Assembly (NCBI GenBank): GCA_951406725.2
Contig: OX597815.1
Coordinates: 37,634,001 to 37,698,000, forward strand
Source of the DNA: Octopus vulgaris
Taxonomy: Eukaryota
DNA length: 64,000 bases
Reading direction: 5' to 3'
The position numbers were made by a program, and so were the translations under genes. The notes beneath the pieces are model-generated. The model was not told where the DNA came from, searched no databases, and worked only from the letters and a program-made list of their open reading frames with translations. Below are positions 50,843-64,000 of this stretch, one piece after another; positions within the stretch are counted from its first letter, which is position 1, and every line of letters starts with the position of its first letter.

Positions 50843-53287
50843 TAAGCAAGCTTCAAGTGTCATATCACAGCTGCATAAGCATTTGAACCTGGGGCTTCTG
50901 TGAAGAACTCATAAAGACTCAACATTAAAAAAAGAAACATATTTTTGTATTAGCTTAGTTTGGAAGAAATCGTGCTTTCACAGACCCTCCTTCAGTGATG
51001 GCGTTGATACTGCAATGTACATTCATCGCTTACCTTCTTGCTATGGTCCTTGAAGTGATGGAATTTCTTTTGTTGGATGAATGGTGCGGGAACTTAGCAA
51101 TCTACTTGCTTATTAGCAATATTCAGTGACGTTACGCAGCAGGGCAATAACTTAAATGAAAGCGAATCGTATATATATTTATCTCCCATCATTTTCGGAT
51201 GAAAATATAATACTCATGAACTAACATTATTAATCGTTGACCTTTTTTTAAAGATTTTTAATGCGCTACACAGTAAATAGATTAGTTGATTTTTATGTAG
51301 ATAACTTCATAGAAACATTTAAATAGTTTCCTGATTGATTTAATTGCCAATAAGATAGCAAAAATACACAGATATAAGTAAACAACTAAACAACTTGCCT
51401 CTTTGTCTTTTTCGTTTGCTTCTTCAAATGACAGGCGTAATAATTTATTACTTTTCCTGTAATATACTTTCATTAAAATATTTATCTTTTGCTTTACTTT
51501 CCTTTAGCAAGCGTTTGTTCATTTTTTAAATTTCTTTTTAAAACTGTTTACCTGACTGCATGTCTGTTCGTCTGTCTGTTTGTCTATCAGTCTACCTGTC
51601 TGTTTCTGTCTTTGTCCCTCTCTCTCTTTCCCCCTGTATTTTTTCATTTATTTATATTCGAAAGTGATTGGCAATGCAAAACTAGGAATGCAGTCAATAA
51701 TATAAGGTGTACAGAGAGACGGTGCAGAAACAGGACGACGACGAATATTGATAGGAAACCCTGAGCATAGGTGAGGTGATAAGTAAACACTGGCGGCATC
51801 TCAAGGAGGAGAAAAGATCGTCAGTATACAATATGCTGAATTAGAGCATGGATGCTCTATTAATGACATAGATATTAAAATATTATCGACATATAGAACA
51901 GACACAACACTCAGACAGTTTACAGAGGCCCACACACTTAGTAGTCAAGAGACCGAACCTCAATAGAAAACATGAATGAAATAATAATATACCCCCCATT
52001 CCACTACAGTACGCAACTCGATAACTAAAGACAATAAAAAAATAAAAGATACCAGTACAAACAGTGTTATAAAGAAACCCTTATGCACACACATAAGACA
52101 CACATGCACATACTAAACACACAGATGCACACAGATACAGATGTAATCACATGCACAGATAGGGATACATATCACAGGAAGACAAAATGGAATAGACAGG
52201 ACAAGACGAGAGTTAAGAGGAGACAGGTACAGAAAGTAATTGAAGAGGTCATAGAATGTGTGGAAAAAGAACTCTTGACACATGAACTAATAATAATAAT
52301 AAAGAAGCGGAGATCAAATAGATATTGCGAATGTTTATGGGCAAAAAAATATGGTCTATCCATAAATATTACAAAAGATTGGCACTTAAGAGATTTCTTT
52401 TTTCAGAATTTATTTTACTTTTTTGTCTTTATATTCCTTACCGGACATTTCTTCTCGATCTAACTCGTCCAACTACCCCCACAAGGTTTTACTAGTTACT
52501 TCTCTTTCTCAAATTTCCTAGCTTTAAATAATATCCTCTCACTGTCTAATGAAGAATTCCACACAAAACAATTAATATTTATTTCCATCTGTAAATTTTC
52601 TATTTCTCCTTCTTTTAATGAATTAACGATTGTTGTTGTTAAATGCTTACTAAATCCCACATGAATTCTAATGATATCAATCAATTTCATACCTGCTGTT
52701 TCACCGTATGCACACTTGTACACTGTCTGGAATTCTATTTTGCTCACTGTTTGAGATAAATCTATGATAATGCCATGTAATTTCAAAAAGCATATGAATA
52801 TTATACGCATCTGCTAAATAAACACGCCTCTACTTCATAATAATTGTTTCTACAGTCATTACTATTTGCGCAGTTGTTTAGTGATGCAGCAAAACTATGA
52901 TAGATCAACACTACCACCTTTTCTTTAAAAAAAAGGAGCCATGCCATGTCTTACAGTATCATTGTCGTTTCCTTTTTCTGAGACAAAAGTATAATTATCA
53001 ATATTAAATTGTTTTTTCCTCCAAACAATGCGTAACTCTATAGATTCTGTCGTCCTTATTGCGAACACTCACCACACACGCACACATATATTATCTGCAA
53101 GGCTTCCACGTCCAATACAAACATACTAAACTCAGAGTTTGTAAATTATGCTCCGGGGAAACATGTAAGCACATATTTTATTCTTCGTTTTTCCGTTACG
53201 TAATGTCTATATTATTCCCCTAATTACGATACGGCCTTGAATTACAACTTAGACGTACTAAAACAGTTCTCCTCTACTTATAGCTCC

Positions 53288-53342
<55 letters not shown>

Positions 53343-53419
53343 CAAATACATGCATGTTTGTATGTATGTATATATCTATTTATCTATCTATCTGCCTGTC
53401 TATCTACTTTTATCAGTTC

Positions 53420-54550
53420 TCTTCGCACATTTCTCCTACCTAACACACCCTCATCCTTCGAATTCCTTCCTCGCCATCTCCTAGCTTCATAATTAACCAG
53501 AACCATTTAGCAATACCTATCTCTTGCCATTGTTCCCAACTTATTCCTCTCTTTTCCTCGCTCTCAACTCACCCCTTTCTATTTACTCATATATTTCTCC
53601 TTACATCAGTATTCTTAATCTATCACCAACCCACCGTAATCTTTCGAGATTTCCCTTCTCCTCCCTGCCGGCATCTGTAACTAGGTCCCTACCCTTCATT
53701 TCAGCCCCCTCTCCTTTTCTGTAATCGTACCAACTTCCCTTTCTCAGTTTCTATTGCTTCCACCATCTCTGATTGATAACACACCCATCACATCAAACAA
53801 CGACACCACCCTTCACAACACTACCTATCCAACCCTTCCCACTCATCTCTCGACTTACCACTTCTAATTCTACTTCTCTGAAGCCCTTGGTCACTCACCC
53901 TCTCCTTTCCCCTGCTGCTTCTCCTATCTCTTGTCCTTCCTCTGTTTCAACACACCCCTCCCATACCCCTAAAATGCCTACGTACTCATTCCACCATTAT
54001 CTAGTTGATTTCTTGTTCACCTGTTTTACCCTTGAATTCTATGGCGTTATGATCTGAACTGCTAGGTATCAGAAATACAACGCCTCTCCCCTTAGATATC
54101 TGTATATTTTCTATTCTATGTAAATTTGTTCTGTAAATATATAAATATTAATATACTTATACACGAATATTCATTTGAATATTTGCAGTTATGTTTCTGT
54201 CTGTATTTATCACTATATATAATATATAATATATAATATATAATATATATGTGTATAGTATTTTGCGAGTGGAATGAGTTTTCATCACAAGCTTCTCATT
54301 AACACACGATGAGGACAGGTAACCACCCAGAAACTCGAGTCCGTGTGTATCACGTAAGGCTAGAGATGGAAGCGATAACTTCCTCTCGCAAATACTATTT
54401 GGACACAGAATGTCTGTTGTAGCCAGCTGGAGGAGATGTCTTCCTGGGGCTATAAACGTCAGCAGCACTGTCGTGTATAGGGCGCCACACAGTTATATGT
54501 TACGGTTCCGTATTGCTACTGTTTATATCTCGCTCAGAGATTTACTGTAG
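53420..54550 (+). mobile_element. Pyrimidine-rich Penelope-like relic with hammerhead-like motif
   Basis: ACACAC-GATGA..GAAAC-TCGA-GTC-CGTGTGT at 54302-54348; boundaries approximate. Confidence 0.45.
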
Positions 54551-54560
54551 CCTATAGCTT

Positions 54561-54606
<46 letters not shown>

Positions 54607-54699
54607 CTTAGATAAACTTAGATATGTTTCGACCAATGATTGGTCCAGGCCATGTCTAAATTAATAGCACCACCTGATAGGATTATTTGAATCCTGTTT

Positions 54700-55005
54700 A
54701 AGTCAAGTTTTGTTTATGGTCCATTCAAGTAGTGAGTTTTTGTTGGGTGAGTTGTATCCAATTGAAGGAATCTATCCAGACTCCGTTTAAAGTTGATGGG
54801 ATCCTGTTCCTCATTGATCTCTTTCGGGACAATGTTAAATATGGTAGGGCCTGTTGAGGAAAAGAAATTATGTTGTAGTGTACATGTATGCAGTGATCTT
54901 GAATTGGGCAGGGGACGTATGGCCCGTGGTCCCAGTCTTGAATGAACCTTGAAACTAATGTTCAGGTCGTTTGGGCAAAGTTCGCGGTATATTCTCCACA
55001 TCGTA
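54700..55005 (-). mobile_element. CR1-group LINE 3' fragment
   Basis: NFFSSTGPTIFNIVPKEI..FKRSLDRFL parallels the C-terminus at ~42560-42660. Confidence 0.75.
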
Positions 55006-55050
55006 CAAATATATATATATAAAGCCCAAACGTGTTTATTTGCATCACTA

Positions 55051-55106
<56 letters not shown>

Positions 55107-56999
55107 TGGTTCGTGTGTGAATAAATAAATGTACGACTGCAAATGTTAAGTGTAGTTCTACTTCTTTAAGCCAAAACGAGAAGTAATAAAAAATGATATT
55201 CGAGGCAACAACGGACCTCTACATGGTGGCTCAGTATGATAAAATATCAATCTGATCCATCTCAAGTTAGGTCACGCCAGCTTAAATCCTCCCCGTCAAA
55301 ACAAAGAGACATTGGACAATATAATCTTAGATAATCAAGGACTGAAAACTAGACGTTTGGAACGCTTTTGTTGATAGATCTACACTGTCATGCTTGAACG
55401 GGGTTAAATAACACGAGCGACAAAATTATAGATTGTGGATCGTATAGGATGAAGATTGACTTTTATGTCTTTGTGGTTAACCAAATGATAAAGTAACAGC
55501 TGATTCAGTCGATTTTACAATTTACCTCAGCATATATCGACCTCTGACGAACGTCTATTCTTTGGTACATATTAGATGATAATATTGCAAGTAACATCTG
55601 TTATATATCTAATTGCCTTTGTGAACGTTTTTGGCGTATTTTTTCAGTTAACCGCATTTACTCAAAGATATCTCTTTAACTTTGTGTTGAACTGTTATTC
55701 AGCCTTGTGTTACAAATTTACAGCCAGATAAAAAAACTAGAGTGGGAGTCATGCGCATGTGTATGTGAAAGATATTGCAAAAACTCAATCTTTTCGCCAT
55801 TAAACACTAAAGCTATTTTCGTGTCATGTTAATCTAATCATTACTTGATTATTGGCAATCTATTATTCCATACGTTTTCATTGTTCAAGATTGGCTTTCC
55901 CTGTGAGCAATGTTACATATTTATTCCGAACAAGTAATCTCGATCATAGCTTGTTCATTGATGCATTTGTGAATAAGCAGAGATATTTTATACTTAGTCA
56001 TACATCCATAAATTCTCCAATACCTATGGAAACAATACTTTACCACCCGCAGCAATCAATTAAATCATGTTATGCATAAAGTATAGCTATGCAATATTTA
56101 GTGCGTCATTTATTATTTAGTCCATTATTTAGTATCCGATTAAGTATAGGAAATTTTATTGGATGTATCGTGTCTAACGTGTTCTTTTTCAACATTGTTA
56201 GTGGTATAGTTAAATTGAATGGCTTCACCTTATAGTACAAACTAGAGAACAGACTTGACTCGGATAGAATATACCTTGTGTTATAACAGTAATTTTAGAC
56301 AAAATCTTAAGTTAAGAACTGAAGTAAAAGAAGAGGTAGTGATTCAGAAGAATATATTGTGATGGAAGGGTTTCGTCTTTATCCTGGGTTAGTCATTCGA
56401 TTGATTTGTTCAGATGTCTGGAGGGAGTATTGTTTATGGAGCCATTAAGTTTGAGTAATGCTTCGCTGAAGGACTCAGGTAGCAATAAAATTCCCTCATA
56501 GCTTAAGCTGTACAGTTTTTGTCCTATTTTGGAGATTTTATAAAAGTGATTTTGAGGAGTATATGTTCAGCAAGCGTTATCACAATTAGAGTAGAATGAA
56601 ATTGTTTCAAATTCTTATAACTTTTGATGCATTTAGTTACTATATATATATATATATATATGTATGTATTTGTATATCTATTGCTTGATTTATATAAATG
56701 TTAATTACAAATATTTACTAGTATTTGGCATTTACTGTATTTTACATGTTATTCTTTTATCTAATTTCCGGAAATTGAGTTTCATTTGTGTTGTACCTAG
56801 AGTTGTCGTCATTCATTTAACATTGCTCTTAATTGTAATTCTTTTTACTCTTTCAGTGATTTCAGTCGTAGGACTGCAGCCATGCTGGAGTATCGCCTTA
56901 GTTTAGTTTCATTCACTTTTGTTGTCGCTTTATGACTAGACGTTAGTCTATGATTGAATTTGTAGCAACTGATCTCCCACGAGAGTATCCTTGAATATT

Positions 57000-59745
57000 C
57001 GCTGGTCCGGTATGAGTCTATCCAATAGATGTGTTTTTTTTTAATGTTTCAGTAAAAGTCTGTTTTATATTTTTGATTTCTTTAGGTAAGTAGTTGAACA
57101 ATTGAAGATCTCTAAATATCAGACTGTCACAATACAGTGTTTTTGATCGTGATATTGAAGGTCACATATTTGGAAGCTGACATTAATTACCAGTTCATGC
57201 ATTAAAATTTTCTATAATGCCGAAGTTCGAACATGCTCCTCCAGGATTTTCCAAGTGTATATGATAGTATATATCTCTCTTCGGCATTCAGGAGAGAATA
57301 GAGATACAGAGCTTTCAAGTGGTCTCAGTAATTAAGGATTTTAACCGAATTTAGTTTACTGTGAACGTTGTTTGTAACCCTTCGCTTGCTATTATGAGGC
57401 CGGATGAGGTTCGAGATCAAAGCTGTGAGCTGTAATCTAACCTGCTCAGGACTAAACTTTTCATAGAGTCAGCGTAACTACCGGTTTTCTTGTCACGTAG
57501 ATTCGTTGCATCAATCCTATGAAATCCCTGCATTTGAAGGTAAGATTGGTGATGCGACTGATGAAAGATGCAACATTTGACATGTTTAATTCTAAATCCC
57601 GTATGTCAGCGCTCACAGTCATGTGTTGTCTGGTGTCAAATAATGTGATTTACGTGTATTCCCTTCTTCAATGGGGAACCTGAAATCTTGATGTATTAAA
57701 TTTTATATTGTTTTTATCTGCCTATTGATAAATGAAGTTTAGCTCATTTTAGAGTGTGAGGGCGTCTTTGGGATTTTGGAAAGCTATCGATTCTTTAGTG
57801 TCATCAGCGTAACTGGTTACATTGTCCAAGTACAAGTGTGAGTTCATACCAAGACCGGTGAGGATAAATAATAATGGCCCTAGAACCGTGCCCTGAGGTA
57901 TACCACTTATTACATGTGATTTTGCAGAGGTGAAACCGTTTGAAACGTCGTATGAAGTCAAAGAACCATTTTTCCAGTTCTTCTCTGATACTAGGATCCC
58001 TAAGACAAATAATTCCAAGATCAATTTTGTCAGATGCTTTAGCAAAAGCAAGGTATTTACAGTCAGTGTTCATTCCTCTCAAGAGTATATTGAGGATAGT
58101 GTTATGGTACCGTAAACTTCGTCCAGTCCGAAAACCACGTTGTTCTTTATCTAAGAAGTTGTTTTCGTCAAGTTAAGTAATTATTCTTTATCGGACAAGG
58201 CGTTCGACAATTTTAGATGTGAGATGTGAAAAAAATAGGCTTGTAATTTTGTTTTAACTCTGCGACCTCCTTCGTGTATAGCTGTTACTATTGCGTTTTT
58301 GAGTGGTTCTGGGAATATGCTAGTATATTGCGACTTTTGAAATAGCATCTGTAAAAGTTTGGTTAGGCTGCTCGGTTACTTTTGCACGTTTTTAACAATA
58401 GGGAGACTATCTGGTACCGATGTTGAGTTTGAATCTAGGTTATTAATAGCTGCAGCTTCCATAATGTCATTAATTTCTAGACATATCACTTCAGTTGAAT
58501 TCTGTGGATAAAAGAATTCGTTTGAGTTATAAACTATTTTATAAATTATAGGTTGAGAAAATGCACTATTAAATTGTCGGTTCAAAAGTGTGCATGATGA
58601 TCCGCTTTTGTCTATTAGAGGGCAAATATGGTTGTATGTAGATGAGTTTTGTTTAACAAAGTGGGAAAAGAACTGTTCGGTTTGTCTTCAGCGAAGCTTT
58701 TTTATTTCATAATATATCATAGGTGCAGTTCAATAATTTTACATTTCTTTTTTCTCTCAATCTCATCTGTTGAGTAAGTTTGGTCTTTCTGTTGCTTTCT
58801 TAGTTTGGTTCCGTTATGTATCAGTATCCGTCTATCTCGTGGAATCAAGTTCTTGCGGGGATTGGCATATTTATATGGGTATGCTTTCAACAGATCTTGA
58901 TTAACTCTTCGTACAGAAACGTCATTCCCTCGGTCACAATGAGTTTGTCAATTTGCTGACCAGTTTTTTTCGTGGATTTCAGTTTCGAGTTCTTTCCATT
59001 TGGTCTTCGTGAAATTCAAGTTTATCAGGGATGAACCATTTTTGATATTATTTGTGTATGTTGCCCTCTTTGAAACATATATAGGTAATTATGTAAAGTT
59101 GTGGTCAGCGGGAGCTGTTGGAACGACCTACACATTGTGAATGAAGTCTGTATTAGAAGTAAAGACTAGGTCAAATATGTTATTTCCCCTCGTTGGAGAA
59201 GTAATGATTTATTATATGAAAAAGTGGTATCGAGAAAAGCGTTCATATATATCTTTTTTAGTAGTTTAGTTCCAGGTAGGATGTAGCCGTCGGACCAGCT
59301 GAGATTAAGAAAATTAAAGTCTTGTGTTAACAGTATATTGACTAGTCTGCTACTCTCACTTAGAGTTTGAATTATAAGCGAGAAAGCATCCCTGAAGTCA
59401 TCCCCGGATTTCGCCGCATTAGGAAAACGGTACTTAATGACTACAAACAAACTGAGGTCAATTGCATATTTTAGTGTATCTTAGTGTATCGCACATTGTA
59501 CTGGAGTAGGAGAGAGGGACATTTGTTGCTTGATCTTCACTGATGAAGAGTGCTACACCTCATTGCTTCTGCATTTTGCAGTCAATTCTGGCATATGTAC
59601 TTCCGCATCCAATATGTGTAGGATCAGGTGCGTTTCACACAAATTGTCTTTTCTTCGCGTGCAAGGTTTCTGAGATATGATACTTTTGTTCGATTCGTGA
59701 AATGTTAGAGACCTTGTACATTCAACATTATCAATGAATGGGTTT
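57000..59745 (-). mobile_element. Decayed CR1-group LINE ORF2 (APE endonuclease plus RT)
   Basis: LNVQGL, YRFPNA, QDFNF, QRGFR, YLAFAKASDKID, SGIPQGTVLGPLLF and YADDTK in order on the minus strand. Confidence 0.9.
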
Positions 59746-59956
59746 GTGGGATAATGATAGCAATGGTGGATGATTGTGCACGGGGAAAATAGAAGCGGTT
59801 GGTATTGTGTTTTAAGTGTAGTATTTTTATATTGAAATTTCCTTTAATCTTGTGTACTACTATTGCTTTGTTGAAAGTTTATAGTGATTATATCTGTGAA
59901 AGTGATTCATGTCTTATTGAATTCTGCGGAAGTCTAACTTTGTGAAAATAGTTATA

Positions 59957-59993
59957 GGTGTAGGTGTGGCTGTGTGGTAAGTAGCTTGCTTAC
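59957..59993 (+). mobile_element. SINE type B 5' head (continues at 62007)
   Basis: GGTGTAGGTGTGGCTGTGTGGTAAGTAGCTTGCTTAC. Confidence 0.85.
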
Positions 59994-62006
59994 TTCCGGT
60001 TAACCAAAATGCAACACTAGTTGGTCTGGACTGTTACAGTGAGATGTGAGTTTCGGCTCCGTGAATAGAAAAAAAAGAACAAAAAGAAAAATTGTCAATT
60101 GTGGCTCGCTATAGCGAGCAAAATACTGGGTTCTCACCACCGTAACGGTGAATTGAGAATTTTTGCTTAAATATGCTTATTGTAAATTCTAGTGGACGTA
60201 TCTCGCCAGAAAAATAAGAATAAGCCATTTAGATTACCTTTTTGATTTACAAAGGATTCCCAGTCTGTGCTATTTGTGAGGTGTTTCTTTTACTTTTCCC
60301 TTCTTCTATTTTTCTTTCTTCCTTTCTAAATTCTTTCTTCATTCTTTTCATTACTTTAATTTCTGTTTCCTCCCCTCCTCTTTTATTTTGTTTTATTTTT
60401 ATTCGGTTTAATTTTTTGGCAGACTGTCTTTTGAACTACTTTTGAACTGTTTTTTGACATGGCAGAGAAGGAACTTAAAATGAAAAACTCTGTCTTAGAG
60501 TGGGAAATTAACCCGCCTAAGCAGTGATTAAAAGATATGGAGGAGAAGACGATGGTACTTAGAACTTATTCTATAGTTCTTAATTCCATCACCGTCTTCC
60601 CAAAACAAGTCATAAAAAATGAACTTAAAGAATATTTGTCCTCTTTAAAATATATATCCCGCGTCAAACATGCAACCGTATGGTTGCTGTTTGACAACGA
60701 GGAAAAGGCTCGCCAGTTTGTGAGTCAGCCTTTAGAAGGCAAGGAAATTCTGTTCCTTCCGTCATATTGTGGAAGAAAATTAATACGAGCCTGGATATGT
60801 GGATTGGATTGGAGATACCCTCCGACGGGGACTGGGGGATGGCGGGCCCAGGCTCTTAAATGTAAGGGTATTGCCGGCGGTCAATTGGGAAGGTTCAAAA
60901 GCGATGTTGACCCTGTGGACCCCATCGGCCGCAAAAGATCTGGTTATTCCAGATTTCTTGAAAAAGCTGGCTGCAGGTATCCTGTGATACATGAGGGACG
61001 TCCCCTCAAGTGCCACTCGTGCCTGCAGCCAGACCACATTAAAAGGAACTGCCCCCAGAACCATTGTAAGGTCCTGGAACAGTCACTAGATGCCACCTCC
61101 CCCACCCGGTCAAAGGGAGAGGTGGATGTGGTCGAGGAGGCTTCAGCCTTCTCAACTCAAAAAGGATTAAAAAGGAAGAAGGCGGGCAACAATAGTTGCC
61201 CGCCGAAGGAACCTAAGGCTTCGGGAGGCACGGGAGAGTCTCCGGACAAAGCGGAAGAGCTCCACTCTCCCGAAGTCAGGAAGAAAAGAAAAAAAAAAGA
61301 AGAAATAAGAACGGGTCATCTCAGCGGGGAGATGATGTGCCGTCTGCATGTCCCGAAGTTGTGCCACCCACGGTGGAAGAAACCACCCCCACCCTTAAAG
61401 ATGAGCAATTAATTATCTTTTTCTATAAGGGCGGGGAGGTGGAAAAAATAGTAGAAGGAGACAGTAGATATGCCCTTCACACGGGATCCCGAATGGCCTC
61501 CGCAGATAGCTGTGAAGGTCATAAGGTTTCCCTTGTGGGAAAGGCTTAAAGGATTTGAGGAGGAGTGTCGCATATGGCCGGGTGGCCCTTACACGACTTA
61601 CATGTCCTACATGAGTGAGGCATGGGAAATGGCGGGATACAGAAACTCAAGCGGCACTGAAAATAATGATGGATATATCGAAGAGTAGGAGGTGAAAGAC
61701 CCTCGTTATAGGGTTTGAAACCTCATCTTATTGTATTATTTGTAGTGGTTTATAACCTCAATTGTGTGTTTTAAAAGAAAAACATGTTAAGTAAGAGGTT
61801 TGGTGCCTCCTTCTTGTAAGAGGTTTGAAAACTCATATTGATTTTTCAAAAAAGAAAATATGTTTTCGAGAAAAATCCAGTCGGCGGGTGTTGGGTTTCG
61901 TCTCTCATTTATTCATTCTATTTCATTTTGATTCATTAATGTGTTTGTCCAGCCCGCAAAGCTACACACTCTTTGTACTGTCTATGATGACAAATTTTAT
62001 GAAATA
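59994..62006 (+). mobile_element. ORF1-only non-LTR-type element bounded by a 15-bp TSD
   Basis: AAGTAGCTTGCTTAC at 59979-59993 and 62007-62021; single gag-like ORF; no RT; ends ..GAAATA. Confidence 0.8.
60459..61688 (+). pseudogene. Gag-like ORF1 with CCHC zinc knuckle (disrupted)
   Basis: CHSCLQPDHIKRNC (CX2CX4HX4C); basic KRKK tracts; ATG 60459 is in frame with 60537 but separated by a TGA; probable frameshifts near 60800, 60960 and in the C-terminal part. Confidence 0.8.
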
Positions 62007-62403
62007 AAGTAGCTTGCTTACCAACCACATGGTTCCGGGTTCAGTCCCGCTACGTGGCACCTTGGCCAAGTTTCTTCTACTATAGCCTCGGCCGACCAAA
62101 GCCTTGTGAGTGGATTTGGTAGACAGAAACTGAAAGAAGCCCGTCGTATATATGTATATATGTATATGTGTGTGTGTGTATATGTTTGTATATCTGTGTT
62201 TGTCTCCCCCGCCCAACAACGCTTAACAACAGATGTTCGTGTGTTTACGTCCCTGTAACTTAGCGGTTCGGCAAAAGGGTTCAATAGAATAAGTACTAGG
62301 CTTACAAAGAATAAGTCCTGGGGTCTATTTGCTCGACTAAAGGCAGTGCCCCAGCATGGCCACAGTCAAATGACTGAAAGAAGTAAAAGAGTAAAGAGAG
62401 AGA
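62007..62403 (+). mobile_element. SINE type B, remainder
   Basis: Resumes exactly where the 59957 head stops. Confidence 0.9.
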
Positions 62404-63479
62404 GTATACCAAGAGCTTTGAAAGCTTATCAAAATATATTATGGACAAGTGTGTTGTGGTAACTAGAAAACATTTACTCAAATTTAACCTATTTTCTTTT
62501 TAAATTGTGTATTTCGGTTACTAACGCAGTTTATATGGTAACGACAGTACGACACCAAAGTGCATAAAAATATTTAGTTTCGTTGAAATATTTCGTTATT
62601 CTCAACTTTATGTTGATATTTATATGAACACTTCCTTACAGAGTCGTACGATTAATCTAATCTATCCGAATATTAGTCTTGGCAAGTGAATTTGGTAAAT
62701 AATTGTTTAAATTATGCCCACCAACTGTTCTATAGAATCACCTATTTAGCACCTGTTTTTTCTTTCAATTTGCAATTCATCTGATTTGTTTGAGCAAAGT
62801 AGTGTCTCCATTGAAATTAATGCATTGTCAGCGGATGTATGAAGCTTGCTGTTTTTGATGATAGATTGCTGTGATATGAAGTGACACAAAATATTAATCA
62901 AACGAATAATACATTATGTCAGGATATACGCTTCTCTGTCTATAATTATTTCCTGGCTCAAACATCATTATTTTCGGATGCACGAAACCAAGATAAAATT
63001 AATTGTACAGAATGTTTTCTAAGTTTAGCACTATCGACTAGTTTCCAACATTTCCGTATCAATAAAAATAGCTTTTAGCAAAGGAATTTAGTTCTGCAAC
63101 TGTTGTAAGAATGCTAAAAGGATTGTAATAGATTTGAAATGAAAATCAACACCATTGTATTACAATCACAAATATGTTTTTTTTTTTTTTTTTTTTTGGA
63201 CGATGTTTTTATAGAGTGTGGTTGGAGTTGCTGAAATCGGTTCAGTGGAAGATCCATATATAGTCTGAAATGATAAACCGCGAGTGACGAGAATGCAGAA
63301 TGGGGATAGGCGAAAATAACTATTGTATCGCATATAGACTGGTGCTTCCCCATCTCTGCCTAACACAATGAAAAGCTGATGTTTTACCCAGGAACCATGT
63401 GTTATATTCTACACAAAATTCTGAAATGAGAATCAAATCATTCAAAAATTTCTCGCGAGCATTGGTATATCTTTTATGT

Positions 63480-63645
63480 TTTTTCAGTTATTGGACTTCG
63501 GCCACATTGTCGCTGCCTTGAAGACTTTTACTCGAACGAATCGACCTCAGCACTTATAGTTTTAAAGCCTTGTACTTATTGTATCGGTGTCTTATGCTGA
63601 ACCGGTAAGTTATGAGGACTGAAACATATCAATACAGGTAGTCAA
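63480..63645 (-). mobile_element. Diverged SINE type B 3' half
   Basis: AAGCCTTGTACTTATTGTATCGGTGTCTTATGCTGAACCG resembles type B. Confidence 0.65.
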
Positions 63646-63938
63646 GAAGGGAATCAGGCCTATGTTGACGAGTGAACTGCAAAATTTCACCCGTTGTTGG
63701 GTTCCTCAATTTGTGTGATGAAACTTCTAAACTATTATCAACATATCCTTGCGTGCACGCCAATCTGTCTCTTTGTATGTATGCATTTGTGCGTGTATAT
63801 ATATATACTGGCCTGTTCGCTTAGCCAACGGGGTGACGTCATTTGAAGGCTAAAACAATGCGAAGCGCATTATGACCAGCGATATGTAGCAACATCTGAT
63901 AGCCTGGTCGGTTACGAAAAAAAAAATATATATATATA

Positions 63939-64000
63939 CAGGGTGTGATGGGTAAATTGTCGCCATTTTATATTATTATTTTCTCTCATACGCATTGGTT
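63939..64000 (+). mobile_element. Left end of a maT-family element (runs off the window)
   Basis: (TA)CAGGGTGTGATGGGTAAATTGTCGCCATTTTA matches the terminus at 3089. Confidence 0.8.

Noticed and set aside
52496-52810. 104-aa minus-strand ORF
   Set aside because: No recognisable motif; this length is plausible by chance.
60537-61412. Intact 291-aa host zinc-knuckle gene
   Set aside because: Upstream in-frame stop, apparent compensating frameshifts and the TSD context indicate a retroelement pseudogene.

Overview
AT-rich, microsatellite-dense eukaryotic DNA. The SINE families, repeat content and TE types point to an octopus (cephalopod) genome; this is recognition from memory, not a database result. 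I find no convincing intact host gene, so the window is probably intergenic or intronic, and most ORFs in the track are microsatellite artefacts. It is a mosaic of decayed mobile elements: several tRNA-derived SINE types, Tc1/mariner elements (DD34D mariner, DD37D maT, an apparent DD36E Tc1), a hAT MITE, Helitrons, CR1-group and R4/Dong-type LINE relics, L1/Tx1-type pieces and Penelope-like termini. Best leads: (1) a 2.0-kb, TSD-bounded, ORF1-only (zinc-knuckle, no RT) retroelement inserted into a SINE head, with a distant homologue 25 kb away; (2) dispersed minimal hammerhead-ribozyme-like relics with palindromic helix III, all with damaged cores; (3) a DD36E transposon; (4) a double-ended Helitron-terminus palindrome; (5) local templated-insertion and fold-back structures. 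These are TE-biology leads; no novel cellular system is demonstrated.
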